DNA of 64,000 nt from Octopus sinensis (taxonomy: Eukaryota). The stretch spans positions 620,001-684,000 of the forward strand of contig NC_043009.1 in NCBI RefSeq assembly GCF_006345805.1, read 5' to 3'. Position numbers and translations under genes: made by a program. The first letter of the stretch is position 1; each line of letters begins with the position of its first letter. The notes under the pieces were generated by a model. The model worked only from the letters and a program-made list of their open reading frames with translations. It was not told where the DNA came from and searched no databases. Of the stretch, positions 1-12,111 are shown piece after piece.

Positions 1-120
1 ATGGATTGATGGATGGATGGATGGATGGATGGATGGATGGATGGATGGATGATGGATGGATGGATGGATGGATGGATGGATGGATGGAGGACGGACGGAC
101 GGACAGACGGACGGACGGGC
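1..120. repeat. (GGAT)n grading into (GGAC)n microsatellite
   Basis: Directly visible tetranucleotide array. Confidence 0.95.
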
Positions 121-324
121 GGATGGATAAACGGCTGGATAGACGGATGGACGAATGGCTGGATGGAATGATCTATAGGCATTAATATTTATTGGTTCTC
201 ATTTGCTCATAAACTCTCTGTCATCGCTGACTTGAGTTTTAAAAAAAAAACACTTCTGAGCGGTTTACTACTCATTTTCAAACATGCGCAGGTGCCTGTC
301 CGAGTGTGTAAGTATATAAGCATA

Positions 325-444
325 CACAATACATACACATGTACATACATACATACATACATACATACATACATACATACATACATACATACATACATAC
401 AATACATACATACATACATACATACAATACATACATACAATACA

Positions 445-476
<32 letters not shown>

Positions 477-580
477 CATACATACAATACATACATACAT
501 ACATACATACATATACATACATACATACATACATACATACATACGTACGCACGTGCGTGTGTGTGTGTGTGTGTGTAGTT
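325..580. repeat. (TACA)n plus (GT)n microsatellite
   Basis: Directly visible; source of spurious MYVC/HTYI ORFs. Confidence 0.95.
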
Positions 581-989
581 ATGTATATTTCGTTTGTATG
601 TTATCAACTACATTTTTGAATGTATTCGTTTCGTAATTGAAGATGCTATGGTGTGATTCGAGTTCTCATGCATAGACTTTCCTCCGTTGACCGTAGTAAG
701 TTTGATGCTGGTGCTGCTACTCTCGCTGCTGCTGCTGCTGCTGCTGCTGCTGGTTCCCTGTTTATTGTTTGCTGTTGGATATTACTAAACCAGTTTTAGT
801 CAAAACAACACAAAGATGAAAGTCATTCAAATTTTGACAAGCTAGTTCTTTGTGTATCAGAAACAATAATTATCAATACAGTCTTTATTCAAAACGCTAG
901 TGTTTGATTTGTGAGATCTTTGACTGCTATTTCCTGCAGACTCAGCGACCGTTTCCGCTCTCTGCCAAACAAATCTGTCAATGACACCA

Positions 990-1078
990 ATCCCCATCTC
1001 TCTTTCTCTCTCTCTCTCTCTCTCTCCCCTCTCTCCCCCATCTCTCCTCTCTCTCTCTCCCTTTCTCGCCTATCTCTC

Positions 1079-1113
<35 letters not shown>

Positions 1114-1360
1114 ACACACACACACACACGGATACAGACACACACTTTTCATTTCACATTCTCTTTCCTTTACTCTCTGACTTCCACTTTCGTATTTTCA
1201 AAGTAGTTGAAGTGCATCGACCTTTTGGCTAAGGTCAAAAAGTAATACATGCATACATAACATACATACATACATACATACATACACACATACATACAAA
1301 CATACATACATACATACATACATACACACATACATACAAACATACATACATACATACATG
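990..1360. repeat. (CT)n, (CA)n and (TACA)n microsatellites
   Basis: Directly visible. Confidence 0.9.
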
Positions 1361-1590
1361 CACACTGCTTAAATACCAATCTTAAGGAATTAGGCTTCTC
1401 AAAACCAAAAAGGAGAAAGCTGATTCAAAACTACAGATCCAATCCATTACTTGAACTGTAAAAAAATCTATAAAAGTTTCCAGAAATTTATCATTTAAGT
1501 ATATATGAGCATGTCTAGATATGCAAGTATATGCATGAGAACACATACATAAAAGAAAACATACAAATCTGCACGTATACATACATACAT

Positions 1591-1623
<33 letters not shown>

Positions 1624-1778
1624 AATAACCTGTTGTTGATGTGGAAATTCCAATGAAAGAGCCTTGGAGCCAGGTTAGAAACTGACGCTTTCTCTATTGG
1701 CAAAAAATCTTGAAATAAATTGAATAATGACGTGTGTGTCTGTGTGTGTGCGTGTGTGCATGTGTACGTTTGTATGTG

Positions 1779-1812
<34 letters not shown>

Positions 1813-2006
1813 TTGAGTAGTTGAATGAATTATCGTATTATGGATAATTCGGTTAACCGATACCTGGGTAGCAAATTCACGTCAGAAAAACACGGTTGAA
1901 GCTACATGCCTAGGGCAGAGATTACGTGCTTTCGTGTGGAAATGTGTGTATTTTTTTAAATACAGATAAATGAAAGAATGGAGTTGAACGACGAATTAAC
2001 AAAATT

Positions 2007-2101
2007 CCTTTATTTTAGACATATGTTTCGAAGGCTGCATATTCCTAATTTCGAAGGAATAAGGGGTGCATTATGCCGCCTTCTCATCAGGAAAAACAAG
2101 G
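2007..2101 (-). ncRNA. Type I hammerhead ribozyme (PLE pLTR)
   Basis: CTGATGA-GAAGGC..GCCTTC-GAAAC-ATAT-GTC; palindromic stem III ACATATGT; T-rich/A-rich stem I. Confidence 0.8.
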
Positions 2102-2926
2102 AACTTAAGTCAGCATCAAGATGCACAAAAACTTTTAGATGACTGCCCACACGGAGCCCATAGCGATAATGAGTGTTTCTTTAAAATATTCCGTTATAAG
2201 CAGTGACGTCAAAAATGGTTGAATGTAGAAGATTCTAGAAGGTTCAAGGGTTCAAACAAGGTTGGAGGAGAGAGGCCTAAGAAAAGGAAGGTGATAGGGT
2301 GCAGGTCATGTGAATGGTGATTTTGTTGTTTTCTTTTGTGAATGAGTGCCTATGTGTGTGTATGTATATAACTGCATTAATGTCTATGTGTGTGTATGTG
2401 TGTGCGTGATTGTGTGTGTGGTTGGGTAGATTCCAAAAACAGACAGTGGTGAAGTGACAGGTTTGTGTCTGTGTGTTTGATTTGCTTACGATAGAGAGAG
2501 GAAAAGAGAGAGAGAGAGACGAGGGTGAGGTAGAGAGACAAAGGTAAAACATACCTCAATGGATTGGGTAGTAGTCCTTTAAGAGTATAAAAATTGATTA
2601 TGGGAGTGATATATAAATGGGACTATATTATTAAAATTCAAGGAGGTTATCTATATTAATCATTATTTATATGAGTGAAAGGTGTGTTTTTGCCAGCGCA
2701 TGCATCTATAGGATTTCTCGACCATTGTATTTATCACCTTCCTTTTCTTAGGCCTCCCTCCTCCAACCTTGTTTGAACCCTTGAACCTTCTAGAATCTTC
2801 TACATTCAACCATTTTTGACGTCACTGCTTATAACGGAATATTTTAAAGAAACACTCATTATCGCTATGGGCTCCGTGTGGGCAGTCATCTAAAAGTTTT
2901 TGTGCATCTTGATGCTGACATAAGTT

Positions 2927-3021
2927 CCTTGTTTTTCCTGATGAGAAGGCGGCATAATGCACCCCTTATTCCTTCGAAATTAGGAATATGCAGCCTTCGA
3001 AACATGTGTCTAAAATAAAGG
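2927..3021 (+). ncRNA. Type I hammerhead ribozyme (PLE pLTR)
   Basis: CTGATGA-GAAGGC..GCCTTC-GAAAC-ATGT-GTC, predicted cleavage after 3010. Confidence 0.8.
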
Positions 3022-3067
3022 AATTTTGTTAATTCGTCGTTCAACTCCATTCTTTCATTTATATATA

Positions 3068-3285
3068 TTTATTGAGTGAAAACACCTAAAAGCTCCACGA
3101 GGCTCCGGCAGGGGGTGGTGATCTCTGCTGTACTCTTTCACCACACTTTCTCCCACTCTTTCTTCTGTTGGCCTGCTCGCTTAGCCAGCGGGGTGGCGTC
3201 ATTCGAAGGCTAAAACAATGCGAACGCATTGTGACCAGCGATGTGTAACTACATCTGATGGACTGGTCGGTCACGTGATCATGTG
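3068..3285 (+). mobile_element. SINE family C, 5'-truncated
   Basis: Shares 'gaaaacacctaaaagctccacgaggctccggcagggg...ctgtactctttcaccac' with full copies at 35641, 60975, 63534. Confidence 0.75.
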
Positions 3286-3304
3286 ATATATATATACATA
3301 TACA

Positions 3305-3530
3305 CTTTTACTCTTTTACTTGTTTCAGTCATTTGACTGTAGCCATGCTGGAGCACCGCCTTTTAGTCGAAGAAATCGACCCTAGAACTTATTCTTTGTA
3401 AGCCTAATACTTATTCTATCAGTCTATTTTGCCGAACCGCTAAGTTACGGGGACATAAACACACCAGCATCGGTTGTCAAGTGGTGTTGGGGGACAAACA
3501 CAGAGGCACAAACATTTACATACATACATA
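3305..3530 (-). mobile_element. SINE family A, 3' half (5' half at 14222-14375)
   Basis: Matches the 3' half of intact copies at 38725-39130, 41870-42235, 44195-44570. Confidence 0.85.
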
Positions 3531-3533
3531 TAT

Positions 3534-3596
<63 letters not shown>

Positions 3597-3601
<5 letters not shown>

Positions 3602-3875
3602 AATATTAGGGAATGAATCCAAAATTACAGGGAAAAATCAGATTTAGGGTTAAATCCAATTTTATAGTAAAATATTATATATATATATATATATAATAAA
3701 TATTAGGGAATGAATCCAAAATTACAGGGAAAAATCAGATTTAGGGATAAATCCAATTTTATAGTAAAATATTATATAATATATATATATATATAATAAA
3801 TATTAGGGAATGAATCCAAAATTACAGGGAAAAATCAGATTTAGGGTTAAATCCAATTTTATAGTAAAATATTAT
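3597..3875 (-). repeat. Three tandem ~85-bp units separated by short (TA)n; probable PLE 3' tail
   Basis: Unit aataaatattagggaatgaatccaaaattacagggaaaaatcagatttagggttaaatccaattttatagtaaaatatta starts at ~3597, ~3695, ~3795; tail assignment is inference. Confidence 0.7.
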
Positions 3876-4029
3876 ATAATATATATATATATAATATATA
3901 TATTATATATATATATATAATATATATATATATATAATATATATATATATAGATATATATATATATATATATATATATCTATATATATATATATATATAA
4001 TATATATATATAATATATATATATATATC

Positions 4030-4077
<48 letters not shown>

Positions 4078-4089
4078 ATATATATATAA

Positions 4090-6064
4090 AAATGAGTGTG
4101 TACACGCAGACGGGTGCAATCACACGCACATTCAAAACTTACATGTATACAAGTGCATAAATAATCACACCCAATTACATAGCACTCATACACTACCGCA
4201 TCTATACTTACACTTGTACACACGCACACATACATACACACCCATACCTACATACAAAAATTCTTATTAAAATAATCATGATAAATAAAATCCATACATA
4301 CAAGTATAAATATAACTATACAACCCCTAACACAATACACACAAATACACACACATATATACACACACCCACAAACATAACCATATACACACTCACACAT
4401 ACATATACATACACATACAAACAGAACACGATATATACCAATATATAAACACCCACACCCATACAGATAAATAAATTACGCAAACAATCACACACACACA
4501 CACACATTCACACATACATAAACACTCAAAAGAAAACCGAACAATTCTTTGCACGTGGATATCAAACGTTTTAAAAAAATTATGAATGGAAATGAAATCC
4601 ATACATACAAGTATAAATATAACTATACAACCCCTAACACAATACACACAAATACACACACATATCTACACACACCCACAAACATAACCATATACACACT
4701 CACACATACATATACATACGTACAAATCTCGATACAAACAAACTTTAATAAAACGACCATGATAAACGAAAACTCATATATATATTAATATATATATAAA
4801 AGAGTGTGTACACGCAGACGGGTGCAATCACACGCACATTCAAAACTTACATGTATACAAGTGCATAAATAATCACACCCAATTACATAGCACTCATACA
4901 CTCCCACATCTACACTTACACTTGTACACACGCACACATACATACACACCCATACCTACATACAAAAATTCTTATTAAAATAATCATGATAAATAAAATC
5001 CATACATACAAGTATAATATAAAGATACAACCCCTTACACAATACACACAAATACACACACATATATACACACACCCACAAACATAACCATATACACACT
5101 CACACATACAAATACATACGTACAAAACTCGATACAAGCAAATACGCACACGCACACACATTCACACATACATAAACATACAAAAGAAAAACAACATTTC
5201 TACACATAATACGATATATAAAATACTCCATAAGTAATCAGATTATCATAAGTAACAAGATTAACATAAGGAGAAAAATAGACATACCTTCTAATCAGTA
5301 TCAAATTTTGAAGTGAATTTAAACCCTATCCGTTATTACAATAAACAAAAATTACGTTACCATGGAACCGAACATATAAAAATATTTGCGCTACGTAAAA
5401 CAGCGTCATTAAAATTATGAATGGAATATAAAATTCTTTGCGCGTAGTAAACAAACGTAAATTAAAAAATTATGAATGGAATATACAAATTCTACAAATT
5501 CTTTAAAAAAACCATAAAAAACGAAAACTCATATAGATATTAATATATATATAAAAATGAGTGTGTACACGCAGACGGGTGCAATCACACGGACATTCAA
5601 AACTTGCATGTATACAAGTGCATAAATAATCACACTCAATTATATAGCACTCATACACTACCGCATCTATACTTACACTTGTACACACGCACACCTACAT
5701 ACACACCCATACCTACATACAAAATTCTTATTAAACTAATCATGATAATGAAGTCCATACATACAAATATAAAGATAAAGATAAAACCCCTTTCATACAC
5801 AATACACACAAATACACACACCCACAAACATAACCATATACACACTCACACATACATATACATACGTACAAACTCGATATATACACTAATATTCATTCCC
5901 ACACTCAATAAAATATTAAGTAAATACAAAACAATGAAATACCAATTAAATACTAACTATAATTAAAGCCTAAACTATATAACTAAAAATATATATATGG
6001 TACTCTAAACTAAAAACAAATTAACCTAAAGTAACCTTTAATTGGGGGCTATTAATTAATTTAT
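4090..6064 (-). repeat. PLE 3' UTR copy 1, built from ~710-760-bp internal repeats of cryptic CA/TA sequence
   Basis: Unit start 'gagtgtgtacacgcagacgggtgcaatcacac' at ~4093, ~4801, ~5558; near-identical to 9308-11164. Confidence 0.8.
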
Positions 6065-7905
6065 TTATTTATCATGGAACCTATTATATAGGTAAAGTAA
6101 TCTATGTCTACATTTTATTTTGCGCTCTTCACCTATATTAAGTAAATTATCATACTTATAAAATAAAATTTCTTTAAACTCATTAGAGCATAAATAACAA
6201 CAATTTGCTCCTATAGTATATGATTTAGTTTTACAAATTATTTCCCAATTTAAACTATAATTAATATTTTGTGATTTAATTCTCCAAATGTACTTACTAA
6301 GTCCAGTGGAGTTGATTAAGTTTTTATTTTTAAAAGAATTCATATGTTGTGCGATTCTTAATTTTATTTTAGAGGAAGTAGACCCTATATAAACCGCTTT
6401 TGGGTAATTATTCTTCTTAAAGTTATTATCATGTAACGTAACTATACATTTATACACTACATCTTTAATATCACATTTATTATTTAATTTACATTTAGAT
6501 TTATCTCTACAAGTACAATTAATATATGTCTTATCCTTATTATTATTATTATCAAATAATTTATTTTTATAAAAATTATTCAGTTTAAATTTATTAAATG
6601 AAGAAATAATGTTACCTACATTATTAGTGGTAGAATAACCTACTCCAAAATTATCACTAGAGAAAATGTTTTTATATTACGATTATCTCTAATAAATAGT
6701 TCTATAATATCTAAAATCTCTTTGATAATATTCGTTTTTACTTGATCTCCATAAGGAACTATTAACCAAATTTTATTCTTATTTACCTTATTATAATTGT
6801 CAGTATTATAATTATTAAATTTAGAATTCTTCATATTATTAAAATTATTATCAGAATTATATCTATATACAGCATTTAAGGAATTATTAATATTATTAAT
6901 TTTATCCATATTATTATTATTATTATTATTTAATTTATTTTTATTTTTATTTTTATTATTCTTATTTTTATTATTATTATATTATTATTATTATTTTATT
7001 ATTATTATTTTTATTTTTATTTTTATTATTTTTATTTTTAATTTTATAATTTCTAATATTTATACCACTAATACCAACAAAATTATAATTATTATTATAA
7101 TTATCTCGAAAATTATTTAAATCTTTATCATTAATATTATAAAATTTAATATTCCTATTATAACCTGCCCCTCTAAGGGCCTCATTATAATAAGTGGCAT
7201 GTCTATTAAAAATCTCTATATCATAAGAGAGTAATAAAATACGTTTACTTATATTATTAATCAACGAATTTTTAATAGAATTTGGGTGATTACTATTAAC
7301 ATTTATATACCTAAGGTTCTCATTAATTTTATGATATGGTTGTGTTTTACCTGTAATTAGATTAAAATTAACATCTAAATAATTAACATTATAATTCTCC
7401 TTATATATAGTAATACTTAAACCATATCTTTTAAAGAAACTATATAGTTTTTTCTTATATACTTCTAGATTCCTTTTAGTACAATTCTTTGTAATTAGTA
7501 GAAGATCATCTCTATATAAACCACCCTCTATCTTAGATTTTCTAATTGGAGTTCAGATAAAAGAAAAATACCTACTAAATCAGTAGCTTGTGCAGAATCT
7601 GGTGCTCCCATAGGTATATCAAAACAATCTCTAGTATCATTCCTAGCCCATAATTTATTTTTATATTTAATGAGCGATTTCCTAGCCATTTCAATTACAT
7701 TAACTTCTTCACGTGACATTCCCACTTTATTCATTGCGAAAATAAGTGCTTTATTAAACACAATTTCATTAATAGAAGAATGATAATTATCTATATCTAT
7801 TTGAATAAATTTAAAACGATTTTTATCTTTAATATTATTAAACCATTTCAATGTATTGTTATTACTAAACCATAATTTTAAATAATTAAGTTTATTTAAT
7901 TTATT
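6065..7905 (-). pseudogene. 5'-truncated second copy of the Naiad ORF (RT domains, thumb, linker, GIY-YIG)
   Basis: ORFs 7528-7851, 6977-7264, 6640-6909, 6065-6457 match the master copy 11165-13000 apart from 1-nt indels. Confidence 0.9.
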
Positions 7906-9087
7906 TTTATTTTTATTATTATTATTATTATATTATTATTATTATTTAATTTACATTTAGATTTATCTCTACAAGTACAATTAATATATGTCTTATCCTT
8001 ATTATTATTATTATTTTTATTTTTATATTCTTTCATTGATAATTTTATTATTTTATTATTATTATTATTTTATTATTATTATTATTATATTATTATTATT
8101 ATATTATTATTATTATTTAATTTATTTTTATTTTTATTTTTATATTCTTTCATTGATAATTTTATTATTTTATTATTATTATTATTTAATTTACATTTAG
8201 ATTTATCTCTACAAGTACAATTAATATATGTCTTATCCTTATTATTATTATTATTATTATTTTATTATTATTATTATTATTTTTATTTTTATTTTTATTA
8301 TTCTTATTTTTATTATTATTATTATTTTATTATTATTATATTATTATTATTATTATATTATTATTATTATCAAATAATTTATTTTTATAAAAATTATTCA
8401 GTTTAAATTTTATTAAATGAAGAAATAATGTTACCTACATTATTAGTGGTAGAATAACCTACTCCAAAATTATCACTAGAGAAAATGTTTTTATATTACG
8501 ATTATCTCTAATAAATAGTTCTATAATATCTAAAATCTCTTTGATAATATTCGTTTTTACTTGATCTCCATAAGGAACTATTAACCAAATTTTATTCTTA
8601 TTTACCTTATTATAATTGTCAGTATTATATTATTAAATTTAGAATTCTTCATATTATTAAAATTATTATCAGAATTATATCTATATACAGCATTTAAGGA
8701 ATTATTAATATTATTAATTTTATCCATATTATTATTATTATTATTTTATTATTTTATTATTTTATTATTATTATATTATTATTATTATATTATTATTATT
8801 ATATTATTATTATTATATTATTATTATTATTATTATTTTATTATTATTATTATTATTATTATCAAATAATTTATTTTTATATTTAATGAGCGATTTCCTA
8901 GCCATTTCAATTACATTAACTTCTTCACGTGACATTCCCACTTTATTCATTGCGAAAATAAGTGCTTTATTAAACACAATTTCATTAATAGAAGAATGAT
9001 AATTATCTATATCTATTTGAATAAATTTAAAACGATTTTTATCTTTAATATTATTAAACCATTTCAATGTATTGTTATTACTAAACC
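7906..9087 (-). other. Scrambled mosaic of Naiad fragments (RT piece, linker, Zn-finger x2, pLTR piece x2) joined in (AAT)n
   Basis: Each piece matches the master copy on the same strand; junctions at 14-16-nt microhomologies. Confidence 0.8.
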
Positions 9088-9307
9088 ATAATTTTAAATA
9101 ATTTAAAATAATAAAATAATAAAATTATCAATGAAAGAATATAAAAATAAAAATATATAATCTATATATAATCTATATATAATCTATATATAATCTATAT
9201 ATAATCTATATATAATCTATATATAATCAATATATAATCTAAAATAATCTAAAATAAACCCTATAAACAATTGAATATAAAAACCTATTATAAAAGTTCT
9301 CATATTT
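9088..9307 (-). repeat. Sense pLTR of the master Naiad copy, truncated before the HHR
   Basis: Reverse complement of 13719-13905 apart from the number of ATATATAATCT units. Confidence 0.85.
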
Positions 9308-11164
9308 AAAAATGTACAAAAACCAAAAAACAACATGCAAAAAACAAAAACAAAAAAACAAAAAACAAAAAATAAACTATATATACACACACATGCTCAT
9401 ACACTCAACACATTACTTATTCATACTTCCTCACACACACATACAACACTCAATTCATAAACAATATACATATACCCGCTCACACATACATATACATACA
9501 CATACAAACAGAACACGATATATACCAATATATAAACACCCACACCCATACAGATAAATAAATTACGCAAACAATCACACACACACACACACACATTCAC
9601 ACATACATAAACACTCAAAAGAAAACCGAACAATTCTTTGCACGTGGATATCAAACATTTAAAAAAAATTATGAATGGAAATGAAATCCATACATTCAAG
9701 TATAAATATAACTATAACTATACAACCCCTAACACAATACACACATATATACACACACATATATACACACACCCACAAACATAACCATATACACACTCAC
9801 ACATACATATACATACGTACAAATCTCGATACAAACAAAATTTAATAAAACGACCATGATAAACGAAAACTCATATATATATTAATATATATATAAAAGA
9901 GTGTGTACACGCAGACGGGTGCAATCACACGCACATTCAAAACTTACATGTATACAAGTGCATAAATAATCACACCCAATTACATAGCACTCATACACTC
10001 CCACATCTACACTTACACTTGTACACACGCACACATACATACACACCCATACCTACATACAAAAATTCTTATTAAAATAATCATGATAAATAAAATCCAT
10101 ACATACAAGTATAAATATAAAGATACAACCCCTTACACAATACACACAAATACACACACATATATACACACACCCACAAACATAACCATATACACACTCA
10201 CACATACAAATACATACGTACAAAACTCGATACAAGCAAATACGCACACGCACACACATTCACACATACATAAACATACAAAAGAAAAACAACATTTCTA
10301 CACATAATACGATATATAAAATACTCCATAAGTAATCAGATTATCATAAGTAACAAGATTAACATAAGGAGAAAAATAGACATACCTTCTAATCAGTATC
10401 AAATTTTGAAGTGAATTTAAACCCTATCCGTTATTACAATAAACAAAAATTACGTTACCATGGAACCGAACATATAAAAATTATTTGCGCTACGTAAAAC
10501 AGCGTCATTAAAATTATGAATGGAATATAAAATTCTTTGCGCGTAGTAAACAAACGTAAATTAAAAAATTATGAATGGAATATACAAATTCTACAAATTC
10601 TTTAAAAAAACCATAAAAAACGAAAACTCATATAGATATTAATATATATATAAAAATGAGTGTGTACACGCAGACGGGTGCAATCACACGGACATTCAAA
10701 ACTTGCATGTATACAAGTGCATAAATAATCACACTCAATTATATAGCACTCATACACTACCGCATCTATACTTACACTTGTACACACGCACACCTACATA
10801 CACACCCATACCTACATACAAAATTCTTATTAAACTAATCATGATAATGAAGTCCATACATACAAATATAAAGATAAAGATAAAACCCCTTTCATACACA
10901 ATACACACAATACACACACCCACAAACATAACCATATACACACTCACACATACATATACATACGTACAAAACTCGATATATACACTAATATTCATTCCCA
11001 CACTCAATAAAATATTAAGTAAATACAAAACAAAGAAATACCAATTAAATACTAACTATAATTAAAGCCTAAACTATATAACTAAAAATATATATATGGT
11101 ACTCTAAACTAAAAACAAATTAACCTAAAGTAACCTTTAATAGGGGGCTATTAATTATATTTAT
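9308..11164 (-). repeat. PLE 3' UTR of the master copy
   Basis: Near-identical to 4400-6064; internal unit starts at ~9898 and ~10657. Confidence 0.8.
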
Positions 11165-12064
11165 TTATTTATCATGGAACCTATTATATAGGTAAAGTAA
11201 TCTATGTCTACATTTTATTTTGCGCTCTTCACCTATATTAAGTAAATTATCATACTTATAAAATAAAATTTCTTTAAACTCATTAGAGCATAAATAACAA
11301 CAATTCGCTCCTATAGTATATGATTTAGTTTTACAAATTATTTCCCAATTTAAACTATAATTAATATTTTGTGATTTAATTCTCCAAATGTACTTACTAA
11401 GTCCAGTGGAGTTGATTAAGTTTTTATTTTTAAAAGAATTCATATGTTGTGCGATTCTTAATTTTATTTTAGAGGAAGTAGACCCTATATAAACCGCTTT
11501 TGGGTAATTATTCTTCTTAAAGTTATTATCATGTAACGTAACTATACATTTATACACTACATCTTTAATATCACATTTATTATTTAATTTACATTTAGAT
11601 TTATCTCTACAAGTACAATTAATATATGTCTTATCCTTATTATTATTATTATCAAATAATTTATTTTTATAAAAATTATTCAGTTTAAATTTATTAAATG
11701 AAGAAATAATGTTACCTACATTATTAGTGGTAGAATAACCTACTCCAAAATTATCACTAGAGAAAATGTTTTTATATTTACGATTATCTCTAATAAATAG
11801 TTCTATAATATCTAAAATCTCTTTGATAATATTCGTTTTTACTTGATCTCCATAAGGAACTATTAACCAAATTTTATTCTTATTTACCTTATTATAATTG
11901 TCAGTATTATATTATTAAATTTAGAATTCTTCATATTATTAAAATTATTATCAGAATTATATCTATATACAGCATTTAAGGAATTATTAATATTATTAAT
12001 TTTATCCATATTATTATTATTATTATTATTTAATTTATTTTTATTTTTATTTTTATTATTCTTA

Positions 12065-12111
<47 letters not shown>

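Larger units (their letters stand above)
1966..3062 (+). mobile_element. Short Penelope-like element relic: inverted pLTR (1966-2296), ~435-bp core, sense pLTR (2732-3062)
   Basis: 331-bp arms are reverse complements with 3 differences seen; each arm carries an HHR; core 2545-2720 has a decayed segment (..FKEVIYIN..) resembling a GIY-YIG C-terminus. Confidence 0.8.

Noticed and set aside
207-636. Long ORFs such as MYVCMYVC.. and HTYIHTYI.. here and at 40334, 45279, 49911, 57331, 61146
   Set aside because: Translations of tetra- and dinucleotide microsatellites that lack stop codons
3597-3875. CRISPR-like array or true telomere
   Set aside because: Spacers are only TA tracts, the context is eukaryotic, and TTAGGG is not tandemly repeated
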